A stretch of DNA of 64,000 bases from Lingula anatina (Eukaryota > Animalia > Brachiopoda), in assembly GCA_051362555.1 (NCBI GenBank), contig CM120640.1, positions 13,950,001-14,014,000 on the forward strand, in the 5' to 3' direction. This document shows, one piece after another, positions 1 through 15,800 of the stretch. Each line of letters begins with the position of its first letter. Positions within the stretch are counted from its first letter, which is position 1. The notes under the pieces are model-generated. The model was not told the DNA's origin, made no database searches, and was given only the letters and a program-made list of their open reading frames with translations. Position numbers and translations under genes: made by a program.

Positions 1-505
1 CATTTTTTGTGAAACTCAGTACAAGTGTATGTTTCTTTGTTTACTTTTTTTTTTGCTCTTCTCAGTACAGTTTCTGGATTTTTGAAATTTAGGAATTACA
101 TGATCACTGATTGATAGACTGTTGGGGGTATATTACATACATTAAAAGTGAAGTACTCTGTATTCTGGGTGCAAGTCTTTATTTGGAGGAGATTGTTTAG
201 AGTATTCTGAAATTATGAAAAAATTAAGTTTCTAAATATTATCTAGGGTACATAAAAACAAAGTGCAGGAAATTAGGTTAAAGTTAACTGTAATCATTAA
301 TTGTACAAATATATAACAAAAACAATGTCCAAAGTTTTAACTTCAGTGGTTGATCCTGTCAGGAGACAATTACTACTAATATGTAACCTAGTTATTTGAA
401 GTGTTTCATAAATAGAAAGAGGCATATTTCCCAAAAAGATTCTTCTAAGCAAAATATCCAAAAAAGCATAATTGGTTTCACATCTGCATTTTCTTAATAT
501 TCCAG

Positions 506-987
506 GTGAAACAGCTCATGGAAGAAGCTGTAACCAGAAAGTTTGTCCATGAGGAGAGCAGCAGTATCATGTCTCTTAGTGGTAAGTTATCACCTGGTCA
601 ATGAATTTAAAAATTAAAATAAAAGAAAAAATGCCAGTTGAGGTTAATCCAAAGACATTTTTACTTTTAATGCAAATTAGATCTAGATATGGAATTGAAA
701 TTATACCTTTAGTGTTACACATTTCTAAATTCATACTTGGAGCAGATATAAGTCCAGTTCACATTAAAAAATAAAACCTGATCCAATAAATTCTGTTATT
801 ACCAGTGTCCAAAACTTGCCTTTTTATGTTCACACTAAATAAAACAACAAGGTCAAAATATTGGCCTCCCCAATCATACCTGTTAAAGCCCACTTTACAC
901 TGGATGGCGTCCTTTCTGCGTCCCGTAGTACAGCCCTATTTGAGAGTAAAAGTAAATGATATTACTGCTACTTATTTACTAATGAAA

Positions 988-1028
<41 letters not shown>

Positions 1029-4000
1029 AAAGATAAGAGATTGGATTCTACTGGCTGAAAACCGTAGGACATTAGGTATATCATCTGCTGTGTGTGAGAG
1101 TGTGTAGAATGCGATAGAGCCCAAGTCCCAAGGTGGGTTTAGTGCTGTCAGTGCATTCACTGTGTGGTGGGTCCTTGATGTACATTCGAAACAGAAACTG
1201 TGGTTAGGTGATAACTGTGGTCCAGATGGCTATTGTGAATTGAGTTAAAAATAACTATGACTGGGTTCACATACCTAGATTGATCTAACAGGATTGATTT
1301 ATTTCAAAGGGTTTTTTTGCAAAATTGCTTTCAGCTTAAGTGGCTTAGATGTCTGGAGCACCTACTGAAGCTGCTAATTATCGTTTAGCAGCTTCAGTAG
1401 GTGTGACAGACATCTAAGCCGCTTAAGTTGATTACAATTTAGCGAGAATCCCATCAGAGATAGATCAATCTATAGTAAGTACAATAATGGTCCCTATCAC
1501 TCCCTATGTACTTACTTTATCTGTTGAAACCTAGAAACTTGAAATACCATTCGATATGTTGAGTGTATACACGAGTGTTTAGAAGTGATCTGGTTGTATT
1601 ATCATGTGTATAATACTATGTTGTAGAGCGTGCTTTTTTTTTTATCTGATCCGTATTATGAAGGATGCTGTATACTTTAATTTATGCCAGTGTTCACAAA
1701 AGAGGAATAAATGCTGTTTTTTACCACCACCAAGGAGGTTATCTTTTCCCCCCTGTTTGTCTGTCTGTTTGTTTGTTTGTCATCAACATAACTCAAAAAG
1801 TTATAGACCGATTTTGATGAAATTTTCAGGGTAGGTGGGAAATGGGTTAACTTAGAAATGATTAGTTTTTGGTAGTGATCCGGATCAGTAATCAATCAAT
1901 AATCAATAATAATCAAAAATCGCTGCCTTAGCAGAGGTCTGCGCTCTCAGAGTGCTTTTCTAGTTTGCTTTAGCATTTACAAAATTGTCTCGGAACCCAG
2001 AAATTGAAGAGCACATTTTGAAGAAAAGACTTTTGGAGTATTGAGAAGCAATGAAAACATGAATATTGAAGCTGTTTCAACTCTCTCGTGGCTTTTAGAT
2101 GAAGAAAATAAAAGTATTATTCTGTGATGAATGTGAGCAGTGATTAACTTTTGGTATTAGTGAGCAGATTGTAAACCCAACGTTGACTCATAAGTCATGG
2201 CTCTTTCATGGAAATCAATGCAGCCTTTGAATAGTGGCTGTTATTGTGGTACCATTAAGGAAATCTCAGAATAATACTTATTGGATTCTCAAACTTTACA
2301 GAAATATCAGTTAAAGTAAACATATTTTAAAGACCAGGTTGCTGGCTGCCCCAGCCTGTATTTAACGTAATGGCATAATAATGGCATTTAGCATCTAGGA
2401 AAGGGAGATTTTATCAGCACATTTTTTATGACTAAAAGTGATGTAATGATAATTGTTTGTAATCCATGACTATGTAATCATTCATGGAGAGAAAACTGCT
2501 GTGAGATCCTGAGATATTGTCTCTGAGATCCTGAGATAGTGGGTGGGAACCTTCTAATATTTCCAGGAATTTGGTTAATCAAAAATGATATCCTAATACG
2601 TTGCCATTTCGATTTCTAAAAACCACAGCACTTTTAAGTAATGCTGTTAAATGGAGCTGAATTAATAATCCATTTATCCTCAGTTTCTCCTTGTAGTTAT
2701 TATTCATGGGTCAGATTTCAAGACAGCTACTATAGCTCATGCAGTTTATTGATTTAATGGAAAATTCCATCAGGTTCTTGTCCCTTACTTTTGCTATCAG
2801 TACATATACTTTTCAGTGACACTGTGAATATCACAGAAGTACACTTCAGAGAGTGTGTATGAATGTGAGAATCATTTTTTGAGAGCAAAATATTTTTCTT
2901 GAAACTGTCAGGCATCTTTATTTTTACTGAGGGAAATGGTTGCCCATCAATGGGTTAAGTAGTTTGTGCCACCTTTTAGTAAGCCATTAGTTCTCAGTTT
3001 TATCAAAGCGCTCTCACTACAGCTTAGAGTCAATATCAGCTGTGGTCTTGTAAATTCTTTTATATCTGTTGTTATTAGGTGCTGAGATATTTTATGACAA
3101 CCAGAGGCTTCTCTTTTCTTTACCCTCTCTTCCCTTCTGTAAAAAATCAATTTGAAGCCAATGTGCATTAAATAGCTTGCAGAAGATGTAGACCACATTG
3201 CTGAACATGGCTTTTACAAATAGAGTTGATGCTGTGAACATCCCAAGCTTTGACTGAAGGTCTAGAGGGAAATGACCACAATATGCTCCACCTCTGTTAT
3301 ATTGAAATGCTGTTATATTGAAATATTGTAAGATCCTGAAAGGACAAATTAACAAGTTTCCTTATTCAGGCCTTATAAACGGATTAGGCATTTACTAACA
3401 CTACCCGCAGATCTTTTAGCACTTATATCCATATTAACCATATAACCCACAAATTGACCAGCACTACAAAAAGGGATGAATGTTAGTGCTAGGAATCACT
3501 CTGGTTGTAGTAATTACTTTTAAGGTGTGTTGATTAATTAGTGGGTTATGTAGTTAATGCAGGTGTTGGTGCTGAAAGATCTGTGGGTAGTGTTAGTAAA
3601 TGCCTACTCTGTTTATGAGACCTGTTTTTAAGTACATAAGCATTGGCAGTATTTATCTGTGAGTACATTGAGCATGTTACAAATGAAGAGGTCCTTAAAC
3701 AGATTGATCAAAAAAGACGGCTTCTCAACACTGTCAGAGAAAGACAACTGAAGTTCTTGGGACATTGCATCAGAAAAGAGGGATTAGAAGATCTTAGCCT
3801 GAGCAGTAGGATACCTGGCAAAAGTGCCCGAGGCAGACAACGAAAGTCCTTTCTTGACAATTTTGAATTACCAACAAGACACCTCTGGTCATGGGCGAGA
3901 AATAGAACCCTTTGGCAAAATATCAGCGTTCGTCAAACACCGAATCGGTGGTGGCACATGAAGAAGAAGATCCTTGTTCACTTAACATAATTTCTGTTTT

Positions 4001-6752
4001 ACACATTAACGAAGTAAAATTTATCAAATTTAACTTACTAACAAGATCAGATATACATATGATAATAGCTATAATTTATTTTAAAAATGTTGTAGTTTTT
4101 TAAATCAATAATGATAATTCATTGAGGTCTCCCCATCCCCATCACGATGCTTATTGTGATTACAGAAACAGATTCGTAATGAGTATCTACAATCAGGTTA
4201 CAACTGCCCGAAGTTAAATTTTGGTTGTTAAAACCCTTATCAATTGTGCTTTTTTGTCTGGTCTTGAGGTACATGCAAAAAAAAAAAAAAAAATCAATAG
4301 AAATCAATGGCAGTTTAAGTGAAGTCCCTTGATAGAGCTGACACTGTTACCTTCACCCAGGCACTCAGAGAGCCTGAGGCATCAGATTGTTGTATGAATT
4401 AATGTGTGATGTCGATAGAACAATTACTGAACCATTCAGAGGCTGGCTTATTAGCTTTCTCGGGAATACAAACTGTGTAGATTAGAGGGAGGGGTGTTTA
4501 GTGAACGTGATAGAATGGCTGTCACAAGGGTACCCTACAAGATCAAGGGGGGGGGGAGGCGTGGTCATTATTTTTTAATAGATATTTTGAGATTGCATGC
4601 TGTATTTCATAAACATAATATTTAGAAGTGCTCCACGTTTCAGTGTTCCAGGGTTATGAAAGTTGGATATTGATGATCTGGATGTTTGGCCCATTTTTGT
4701 GGAATTTTGCTTTTACACAAATTGTTTTGTAGATGTTAGTTTGCGTCCCCTTGGTTATTAGGCCCTGCAGTAGCTACTGCTAGTCCACTTTATTGAAATT
4801 TGGTGGTGATTATGCAGTTAAGCATTGTATAATATTTATATGTCGAAATTGGCAATGAGGGTATTCAGTGCACTTCCTTGTTATTATCAACAAAATTATG
4901 TAATATATATAAAATTCACCCTAAGTTGAAGTAATAACTCATCTTGGTTACATAACTTTTTTTCAAATTATTCCAATTTTTGTGAATTTTTTGCTTTTAC
5001 AAAACTTTGCATTTTCAGAAGTGACAGACTTCTGGCCTGTTTTGCTGTTGATGTTCACTTTATATAGTTCTGGTCATTTGACAGCGTGTGCTGTCTTGTT
5101 CATTAAAAGGGCATATTTATAAACATTTACATGGAGTTGGCTGGAAACCTCAAAGAGTTTCCACACAAATCAAAATAACAAATTACAGTTTTAATTTGTT
5201 TCCAGGAGCTGTGGAAGCTTGTCTTCTGCATGGCCTCAAGAAACGTGCGCTAGGTCTCTTTAAGCTGAGCACCACTACTGCGCTGCTCCAGAAAGTTGCC
5301 AAGGGATTTGAACCAGCGGCCCATGTCATGAAGACTTACAGTGAAATAGAAAATCTGCATGAAGCATCCAAGTGAGATTCAATCTGGCACTTACATACAT
5401 TTGAACACACACACAATGCGCAAATTCATGCACACAAAGTAACATGCATACATGCGAACATTTGGTCAGATGTGCACAAGTAGGTGTAATACCTCAGGGA
5501 AGTGACCAGTTATATTATGTGTTCTCTGCATCTGCTATGATATTTATGAACCTAGGGAATACTGGAATCTGTGGATGGGTTTAATGAAATTATAGTAAGA
5601 AAGTGTGTGAAAATGTTTTTATAACACAGACCTCAAAACAAATGTATTTTTTAAATTTAGTCCAAGTTAAAGATGAATTAGAATGTATACAGAAGAACAT
5701 TGTTTTCATATGTATTTTGTATTTTCGTATTACTTGCCATTTACAGTTTAAAGCCTTTTTAGTATATGTTATTATAACAGTTATATTATCAAATTTATAT
5801 TTCAGAAAATCATCCATTTCCCTCACTTTAGATGGCAACAGAAATCAGAGTGTAAAGAAACCAAGTGGTATTTACAACCCCAAATACTTGTGGATCAGGA
5901 TTGCTCTTTTTGAGAAACAGCTGGCCAAGATTTTAGACTATCTTGTCAAAAACTGGAAGTAAGCAGCTTGGTTTTAAAGTTATGCTCATAAAAGATATTA
6001 AATGAATGTATTGATTTTGAAACGTGGCTAATGGGGTGTATCTTTTCTGAGTTCCGGGTGGATTGATGGTTATTTCCTCTCTTCCAAGATAACATATATA
6101 TTATTTGAAAACTGGCATGCAGTCTTTCATTTTTGGGGTACATGTTTATCTTGTGAAACTCCTTAGTAAAGATTGTCATGCAGACATTATGGAAAACTAT
6201 TCAGTTTTATAACTAAGTCTGCCACTTATTCTAAAAGCCCATTTGCTTAAATGCCCTCTTTTTGGAGTAAATACGAAGCATCTCCTGAATGATTTTTTTT
6301 GTTGTTGTTATTCTCTCTTTTCTTATGCAGAACATTCTCATGTTTTGTTTATTTGTATGTATGAACAATCGTTATTAATTAACATAAGTGAGCATTATTG
6401 GACTGCAAGATTACATACACAGGTACCCTCTAACATTGCAACTTTTTGTTAAATGCTGGACTTTTAAGGGGCTGTAACATTATAGAAACCCTGTTATTTC
6501 ATTCCAGAATATCTGCAAACATGATTTTCAGACAACTAGTTATTTAATGAAAATATACTAAATGTTATTTGGTTTTCTACCTTGAAACCTTTTATGAATA
6601 GATGAATGATTTATAGTGCCACCAGTGTTAAGTTGCTTAGGATTTGCCCTCCTTATTGCCGTACATTCCCCCTTCTCAGTCACATCTTATAACTTATAAT
6701 AGCCTCTCCTCACAAACTACAAGGACTAACAAAATGCACCTTTGGGCAATAT

Positions 6753-6831
<79 letters not shown>

Positions 6832-9800
6832 ATGAGTTTTATTAGGAAGAGCTTGTCTAATGTTAAATTGTTTTTCCAGTAAATATTATGAGGAGTGGGC
6901 ATTAATAGCTGATGGTTGTGATGGACCTATTCTCTCCTCTCTCTTAGGTAATGGTTGGCTTCCTTGATGTTTTGCTTAATTTTTTTTTTGTTTGGGTTAT
7001 TTTCTTAGAGTTGTTAATTACATATTGTTATTATCCAGTCAGTGTATTTTAATTGCCATTTCATATTAGTTATTAAAGCATGTGAGGATGAATCATGAGA
7101 AATTACTCAACTGAGGAAAAAATTAATGAATTAATTATTGCAAAAGATGTTCCATAGAAATACAATCACTTCTGTATTTCATTATCCTTTCATATAACAT
7201 GCAGTCATACCACACCTCCAGATCTTTAAATATTGCATGTTATGATGCTGGTACTATGTGACCTGCGATAATTTCATATCTCCATGCTTGTGTTTAGTTG
7301 GTCCCTGTGCCCTGGAATATACCAAGATGAAAACCACTGACCATCTGTGGACAGACCCGCCTGCAGATGAGCTGGTGCAAAGACACAGGATCCACAGTGG
7401 AGGCAATCACCACATTACCAGGCCAGACTCCCCAAAGAGGCCTGGACTGCAGGTATATAGCTGTTTTTAAATCTCACGTGGTGTAACACAGCACAGTTTT
7501 TCATAAAATCACATGTAATTTTCAGGTTCCTAGTGACCACATTGTGGCGGGTTGTCCACATTATGCCTAGGCACCATTTATTATGCCATTAGGGTTAGCA
7601 CACTGGTGTGACTCTTGGTTGTGTCATGATGCTACACCTAACAGCATGCTCTCATTGTTTATTATGTCATTGCTCATAGTCATTGGCACTGCTGACCTAA
7701 TAGCAGTTTACCTGTTAAGCCTCCTACATGACATGAATTATTTACATGCAGAGAAGAATTACATTACTTCTTAATAGAGTTTTGCTTATTAGAACCTTGT
7801 TATACATGTGAAGGGCATCAGTTTATTGAGGTTACTTTTCTGCTCTTTTTCCATAAAGAAAGCTTGTCTGTCTGTATATTTATTTATTTATGATTAAGGA
7901 GACCTGTTTTGGCTGCATTTTGTCATATAAAAAGTGTTTTCAGACTCTTCTGAATGAAATTTTCAGTGTAGAAATGGTAAACTTCCAATTTTCAGTCATT
8001 AAATATAGCAGCCTGTCACTGCTGCCATGTCCTGTTTTCAGTACTAAGCTCGTGTGTGTAGAGGCCAGGTGACGGCAATAGAGAGACACAGGGCCAATTA
8101 TATGTACTGGTTTACACCGAAGAAAATAATTTCAATAGGATTCCTTTCAGATAATTACTTGCTTGCAACAACATGTTGTATGCAAGAAGTAGGCTTTTTG
8201 AGAAGCATTGGTTGATCTGACATAGAATAAAGTTGACACAAAGCTGCTAATAGGGCTATATACTTCTTCGCTCAACTTATTTTAAATATTGATACAACTT
8301 TATAAATATAATGAAATCAGCTGTATAAGCAATTAATACTTTACCTATGAAAGTTTACAGTTTGTATATTCTGCATATAGTGATTAGTTAGACTACCAGA
8401 AGCTGACGGCACCTGCATGTTGGTGTGCATTACTTATGATGTTGATGTGACTTTGGAGAAGAGAGATGGAAAGTGTTATTTGTGGTTTGGATAGACTCTG
8501 CATGTTTGTATGGATCACAGGGCAAAATCAGTAGACAGAGCTCCATTATAAAGATAATGAGCAGAAATTTGATGTTTACTGTCAAGTTGTTTTGGAAAAT
8601 TGGATGGATTCAGGGGATTTTAATGTCATGTCCTAGAATTACATGATGGGAGTAGTGCAGAAATGAAGATTTGAGACTTAGTACAACCTTGGGTTGATAT
8701 TGTTCATGGTATTAAAATGACTGAAGTTGAGAAATATTGGGAATTCTGCTAACAGGAAAGTGAATAAGGGTATGAGGTGAATTTGTTAAACAGTTAAAAT
8801 AGGTTGAGTGAAAGACTATTGGCATAGAAAACCTCAGAATGTTCAGTCAGTTTGCCAGTTCATTTGAAGAGATCTTCACTTGTTGTGTGAAATTCCACAG
8901 AAAAAAGACCAGGAAGGCAAGAACAAGAAATAACAGTTTCTTCATAATAGATCAGAAAAAGAAGTTTAATTTTATACCAAGAAGAAAGAAAGTTACAATA
9001 GTGCACATAAACATGCAGAATATTGGGGAAAATGTCCATAACAAGGTAAATTTCAAAGATAAAAGAAAAGAGAACAAGAAGAAGAAAACCCCAACTATAT
9101 GTTTAAATATATAACACTTGTAAACACATGCCATTAATATAGGAAATCTTTTTACTAGATGTATGGACCCAAAGTTGAAGTGATCTTAAAATGACCTTCA
9201 TGCTGAAGGTTGATTGTTTTGCATATTCAGCTATGTAGTCATGACCTTAAACATGATGTTCAAGAGTGAAATATCTGTGCCAAAGCTCCAAGTATATGTT
9301 GTGTTATTTTAGATAAAACTTCTGTCAGGCGGATTTATAAAGCTGGAAAATGTGCATTCAACCGTACATTTGAAAAAGTGAATGAGTCACCTGTTGGATA
9401 ATTGCACCAAAGAGATAAAGTGCTGTAGAATGATCATTTATATGCACAGGCTTTGGAAGTTCTTGAAACCTTTATCATTATACTTCACAGTTAATTCCTT
9501 ATATTTTTGAAAATAAAAAAATGTGAAAGAATTATCAAAAGAAAAAAAAAAAAGAAAGAAAAAAGGCAATTCTTTCTGGCCCATGCCCATCATAATGCAA
9601 TATTTTAATAAAAGTTATATTTCTTCTAGATCCGGAGACACACCAGTAGCAGCAGTGAGGAGAGCATGAGGGGAGCTCCAGTGTCGGCCAAAGAATATGT
9701 AGAATCTCTTCATCAGAATTCCAGGGTGCTTCTCCTGTATGGAAAGAATAATGTCCATGTTCAGCCAGTATGTGTTCAATATGTTTTATATGGTATCATT

Positions 9801-12800
9801 TGATAAGACAACAGTGTTTGTTTAAAAGTTTCTTTATGCTATGATAAACCCGGCAAATTGTATATTAATTTTTTTAGTGCTCAGTTCTTACAGTTTTACT
9901 TGAAAATTGTTAAGGAGCCCGTCTTGAGAAATCTAACCCAAAGCTGCATAATTGTTACAAACCAGCAGAATACTGATAAATTTCAATATACATACCTGAA
10001 AGCAATTGCAGCGGAGAGTCATTAATCTTGCAATTATTGCATCTACCTTGATACTTTTATAAGGCCTTTTATTTCACTTCAAAAGTCTGAGAATCGTGCC
10101 GAATTGATATTCATTCAATCTCACTGATTTGATATAAAAAGAAATTCTTTGTATGTTATAGTATGTTTTTGCCTGCAGAAAGAAGATGCACAGCCCTTGC
10201 CTGGCTACCTGTCTCTTCATCAGTCTGCAGATGGACTGACCGTCAAGTGGACACCCAATCAACTGATGGGTGGTGGACAGAACACTCAGGAAGACACGGA
10301 TAAAAGGTGACCTACAGATACACTGAAATGATTGATCATAAAGCATGCCCCTCTTGTCTTTAGTCATTTACCAATGAATCAGCGCAGAAAAAAATCCTTG
10401 ATATTTGAAAACTGATGTTGTTCATGTATTACCTTTTGCTTTTTTTTTCTTTTGAATGTTGTCAATTGGAAATGAATGTGGTACTTTGATTATTCTCCTT
10501 AATCATGCTATTGTTAGTTGTTAGTCTTTGTGATTGACTCATTCTGCACACTTTGACTGTGCACATTTGTTCTATTTTTTATTTGATTGAGCAGAATACA
10601 CATCATTTTTCCTAGATCTTTTGTGCACCAGTGATTTTTCTGTGATTGACAATATATTGTATAGTTCAAATGCAGTGGATGTCATTTAGGTCTGCATACA
10701 TGGCTCACAAAGATAATCCAAATAGTGTGTTATACTGATATAATTGTGGCAATTAAAGCCTTTTTTTAACCGTAAAACAGGGGTTGGTGGGGAACTTTAT
10801 ATTGAGTTGGTGGAATACTTTTGTCATGGTTTAGAATGTAAGAATGAGTGAATGCAATGCTTATAGTACATACATGCGCATATTGAAATTTTGTTTGACC
10901 TCAAATGTTATTTGGAATCACATAGCACAAACCATGTCTCAGTGGAAGTTCACTGATTGTTAGATGGCTGTTAAATGTAGGCGGTGTAAAGATTGGTAAT
11001 AATACATAATGTAAAATCTTATTAGAGAGAAATGATGTGTAAAATCCCATCAGAGAGAAGTGATGTGTATTTTGTCTAGAATTTTCTGTTTGCTTTATCA
11101 AATTACCACTGAGTGTGTTGTAATGAGCAGTTGTTCTTATGTTCTGTAAAGTTTTAAAACCTTTTTTGTAAAATATTAAAGCTTAAAAGCAAATTTTATC
11201 TGTTTTTAAAAGAGTGTTCCTTTCAAAAATCTAGAAATGACATGCCTCCTGCTCAGGCTAACACTTTCAAATTTCTCATAACTTGTTTTGCATTTGTGTC
11301 TTAATGATATTTATGTTTTCTTTTTTACTCACTCACATCTGTTTCCCCCCTTTAGTTCCTCTCATCATTCTGCTAGCAACCATATTCATAGACATAAATA
11401 TAAGCGTTTCCTCAAGAAAAGGGGTTCACAGGAGTGAGTATAATTTTTTCCATTCCTAATGTTTTTCTCTTTAGTTGCATTCACCCATACCAAGTTAAAC
11501 CAGTTCAGCACCAGGTAATCTTCTCCTGCTAATCAGCTGGGCAATGTGCAAGTTATTTAGACCACGTTCCCATACCAAGATTGATCTAGCAGGATCGACC
11601 CATCTCCGTTGGGGTTCCCGCTAAATAACATTCTGCTTGAGCGACTCTGATGTCTGGCAGTTGTTAAGGGGTAATTAACTAACATTTAGCAGCTGCAGTA
11701 GACGTGCCAGACATCTAAGCCACTTAAGTAAAATGCAATTTAGCGAGAATCCCCTCGGAGACAGACCAATCCTGTTAGTATGATAGGGGTATGGGAATGG
11801 TCCCTTAGTCATCTATTAGTTAATTGTGCCACCAGCGTATGCATAGGAGGTACTTTGATATTAGCCCCAAACCACTGCACCCTCCTTGTCTGTTGCATGG
11901 GAATCAAGGAACTGGCATTTAGTAGGACTGAGACTGACATTTCATTAAAAGTTAAAAGGAAACATAGACTAAAATGTGTTTCACTAACCAAGGGAAAAGC
12001 AGATATAGTTATAATATAGAAGTTAAAAGGGAACAACACAATCCCAGCACTGAAGTCACTTTTTCCTAAACTATGGGTTTAGGGGCTGTGTGCTTTTTTT
12101 TATAAACTTCATGCAATTATACGGTAGTGTTTCCCATATGCTGTCAGAGTTTGTGATCAATAAGTACATTTTCAGCACAGTTTCTACCTTTTTTTTTTTT
12201 TTTTTTTTGGGGGGGGGGGGTCAAAATTGAAAATTTATTAGATATCTCTTCTGATCCTATCTTATTATCCATTTGTCATGTCTAATGCCAGCTGGTGGTA
12301 CAAACGCAGGAGGTGGTAATTTTGTGAGTTTTAACAATTCATCCAGTAGACCTGTGTAAAATCAACTTACTACTGGGCTACTGGGATGGGGACTGACTAA
12401 TTACTGGGCAAGGTGAATTTGATCTGGTGCTGAAATGGTTTAGTGGGAAGGGTGTTCTTTTTTTAATCTTTTACCTCATGTTTTTTCCTTTATCAGCAGC
12501 TTTGATTATCAGTTGCGTCATTTCTCTATTACATATTTTTTGATTTAAGAAAAATGATGAAATTTATGAATGTAAATAATTTATGAGCGAAAAGTATCTG
12601 GCAAAAGCAAGGGATTCCTCCAGCTTAAGTTGAAAAATTTGTTATTGGAGATTTTTAACAGCATTTTTAACCTTAATGACCACCTTAATGACTAACTTTG
12701 GATGGTAGTGCCTTTGCTGTTTGGTAGTAACAATGTGGGAGCAGAAATGAATAATATATACCTAATATCTATAATTAGAATAATAGAGGCTGGGTACTGA

Positions 12801-15800
12801 TGCAAAAGTTATTAGAATAGGCAAACTCATAGCAAAAATGGGTTTTATATTTGTTGCAGTCTTTTACATCAGTAAGACTCATCCTTGAATATTGCAATGG
12901 ATTTGGAAACAGTAGAAGTAATTTGTCCTTATATGTATGTGCTTGTTTTATAACAAAAGAAATGTGATTTAGTCTCTCATATATTTTTCACATGCAATGA
13001 GCACTAGACCTTTACATTGCAAAACATTTCCTAGAAATGCCAGTAAGTTTCCCTTAATCATCTAGTCATACACCACCCAAAAGTATTGAGAAAATGACAC
13101 CTGATTTTGAGTTTTTGGTTTAATTTTTAATCACTCTTGCAGTGAGTATGGAAACTGATGAACTGTTGGCGTGATGGTATGTTTAGAATAGGGGTTATAG
13201 ATTGTTATGTTCTTGGTGGTTTTGGACTTGATAAAGGGAATTTCCAGGAAAAATGAGTTTTCCTATAAAATGTCAAAAGAACATTGCATGACCTTAAGAG
13301 CACGCAAGGGCCACTTGAACTTAATGCTGAATTTTATTTTCCTCGAAATTTAAATAGTTTCCCACAGAATACCATATCCAAAACCATTCAAAGAACGAAA
13401 GTCAAGGTTTTTGAATCACTTTTGTAACTAAGATTAAATACTGGTTTTGCATAGGGTATAACATTGTGATTAAGGAGGGAATCGCTGAAATATCCAGAAA
13501 AGTTAATTTTTCCAATACAAAGGTCTAGTGCGCATTGTGTGCTTTAAATGCCTCTGGCAACAGCTTTCTCTGTGTAATTTTCCAGTATCTACTGGGACTA
13601 TGCCTTGGCCATTCATGTGGATGAGATAGTCTACCTTCACTGCCATCAGCAGCGTAAGTACTTCTGATTGTTTACACTGCGAAAATGAAACAGATTCAGC
13701 TCATTTTGAATATTTTTTTTTTTTAGTACAGACACAGTGATACAGATTCAAAATGCAAAAAGATAGCAGACCTGGCAAGCTATATATGAGTGTTTAAATT
13801 GGAATACTTTCTGTAACAAAGTATGAAACATAAAAATATTTATATCCATAGCAAATGTGGAGTTCTTAAATTTATGCATAAAACTATTTTTAGCTGACAG
13901 TGGTGGCACCCTGGTCCTAGTGGGGCAAGATGGTGTCCAGCACCCCCCTATACATTTCCCCAAAGGCGGTCATCTGCTGGCCTTCCTGTCCTGCCTAGAG
14001 AATGGCCTGCTGCCCCATGGTCAGCTTGACCCTCCCCTATGGTCACAAAGAGGTAAAGGTAGGTGTGGTGTTGATGTCCTCCCTAGTACTGTAGAGCCAT
14101 AAGACATAATTCCATTCTGTTTGTGAATTCTTGGTTTTATATGTGCTTTTTCATCAGACTGATTTCTTGCCATGGAAAGCTGACAGTGCATTCAGAACAG
14201 TGGACTAACAGATCTGAAGATCACCCACTAAAAAGCTTGCAGCTTAATTCCCAATTAGACACTGAATAGATTCTCCATGGGGATTACTCAACAAGCATTG
14301 TAGTTGGTTGGCCATATTTGATCCATGGATCAGTTAGTCCAGTGTTCTGAATGCGGCTTAAGCTTATTCTTTTCTCATTTTGCTCAATGACATTGTAAGT
14401 GAGTGGAAATGTATGCAGTGTCCAGCTATGAAACTGGTTAGCTTAGGTAGTGTGTTCTATTTTGAACGGTCACAAGTAGACAGGAAATGTGCCAGTGCTG
14501 TGCTGTGAGACACCCATGCTAGCATAGATTTTTTTCTTTGTCAAATATTGAAGAAAATTTAAATGAACTGAAAAATGAGAAATAAATTATCATTTGCATC
14601 AATTCATTGATTTGGTATAAAAAAAGTTAAAAGACTAGGTGAGGTTATTTGCTGGCATGGTTTGGAATGACCATGTCTAGATGCACAGACTGCCATCTCC
14701 ATGGGATTTTCAAGGGAAAAAATCTGTGTTGTTGCATATTACTACACTCTTGGTGAGACTGGACCAAGCATAGAAATCTTAAGTAAACTTTCTGATTCTC
14801 TTTGTTTTTAATCAAAATTGGCCTTCCTATGTTTTATCCAGTGTCATCAAAATTTTTTGTACTTTGAGTTCCATATATTATGTCATACCAGACAACAAGC
14901 TGACCATAATATATAATTTTACTCTCATGGTCATAATGCAGTCTGTGGCATGTGCGGTTTGATTCATGTTGATGGAACTAGTGCTTCTGATATGGACAAC
15001 TCCTCATTAATAATAGCTGCATTTATATTTTGTTTAGTTTACACATTCTTCAATGTGCATTGGACAGATATTGGCACCATGACTGTAGTTTGACATTTTG
15101 TCATACTTAGAGAGAAATTCAGATATTTTCACTGACCAGGAACTATTATATGGAGTTTTTCACTAAGTTTATCTTGACTTACCTTTTGGCCAAAAACTCA
15201 GTCTAATGAGTGGAAGTACATGTATGAGGTCATTGTATGTCATGATGGTTTGATGCTGCAAACGGTTTCTTTTAAGATTATAAAATATTCAAGTGGATGG
15301 CATCTCATTTTAGCTGTTGCATGCATTTTTACTGTTGAATTATTTTAATTGTATGTATCCTGCTTTTTATGTACAGACACAGTGTGTCTGTACATATAGT
15401 CATCATCTGTGTCTATTGTTTTTGGGTGTTGTTATCATTTTCTTTATGCCAGGTCATCCATACATTTTGATTATTTATTTCTGCACATTTTGGTAAGACC
15501 TGCTTTAAGATATTGAAACATTAGTAGCATGCTGTTATTAAACATTCTCACAATTGAATAAAAAATTAAGCAATAGATTACCATTTTAATTAATTTTTTC
15601 TTGAATGTATAAATAAGTTACAAAAATACACTAACTTGACAACACTTTTTAAGCAATATCACTTTGGCATGTACTAAATAAATATGTTTTATCTATGTAT
15701 GAAAAATTGCACTTTGAAAGTGATTCTCACATCAAAGACTGCGTAGGCGAGTGATGCACATTAATTATCATCCGATTGAGCTGCATCAGTTTTGATGAGA

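Noticed and set aside
7525-7646. Two adjacent hairpins followed by ACA (H/ACA snoRNA candidate)
   Set aside because: No ANANNA H box in the hinge and imperfect stems; not supportable without a covariance search.
8042-8068. 27-nt AG...GT bounded segment as an SGSM micro-exon
   Set aside because: In-frame TAA at its second codon and a weak donor.
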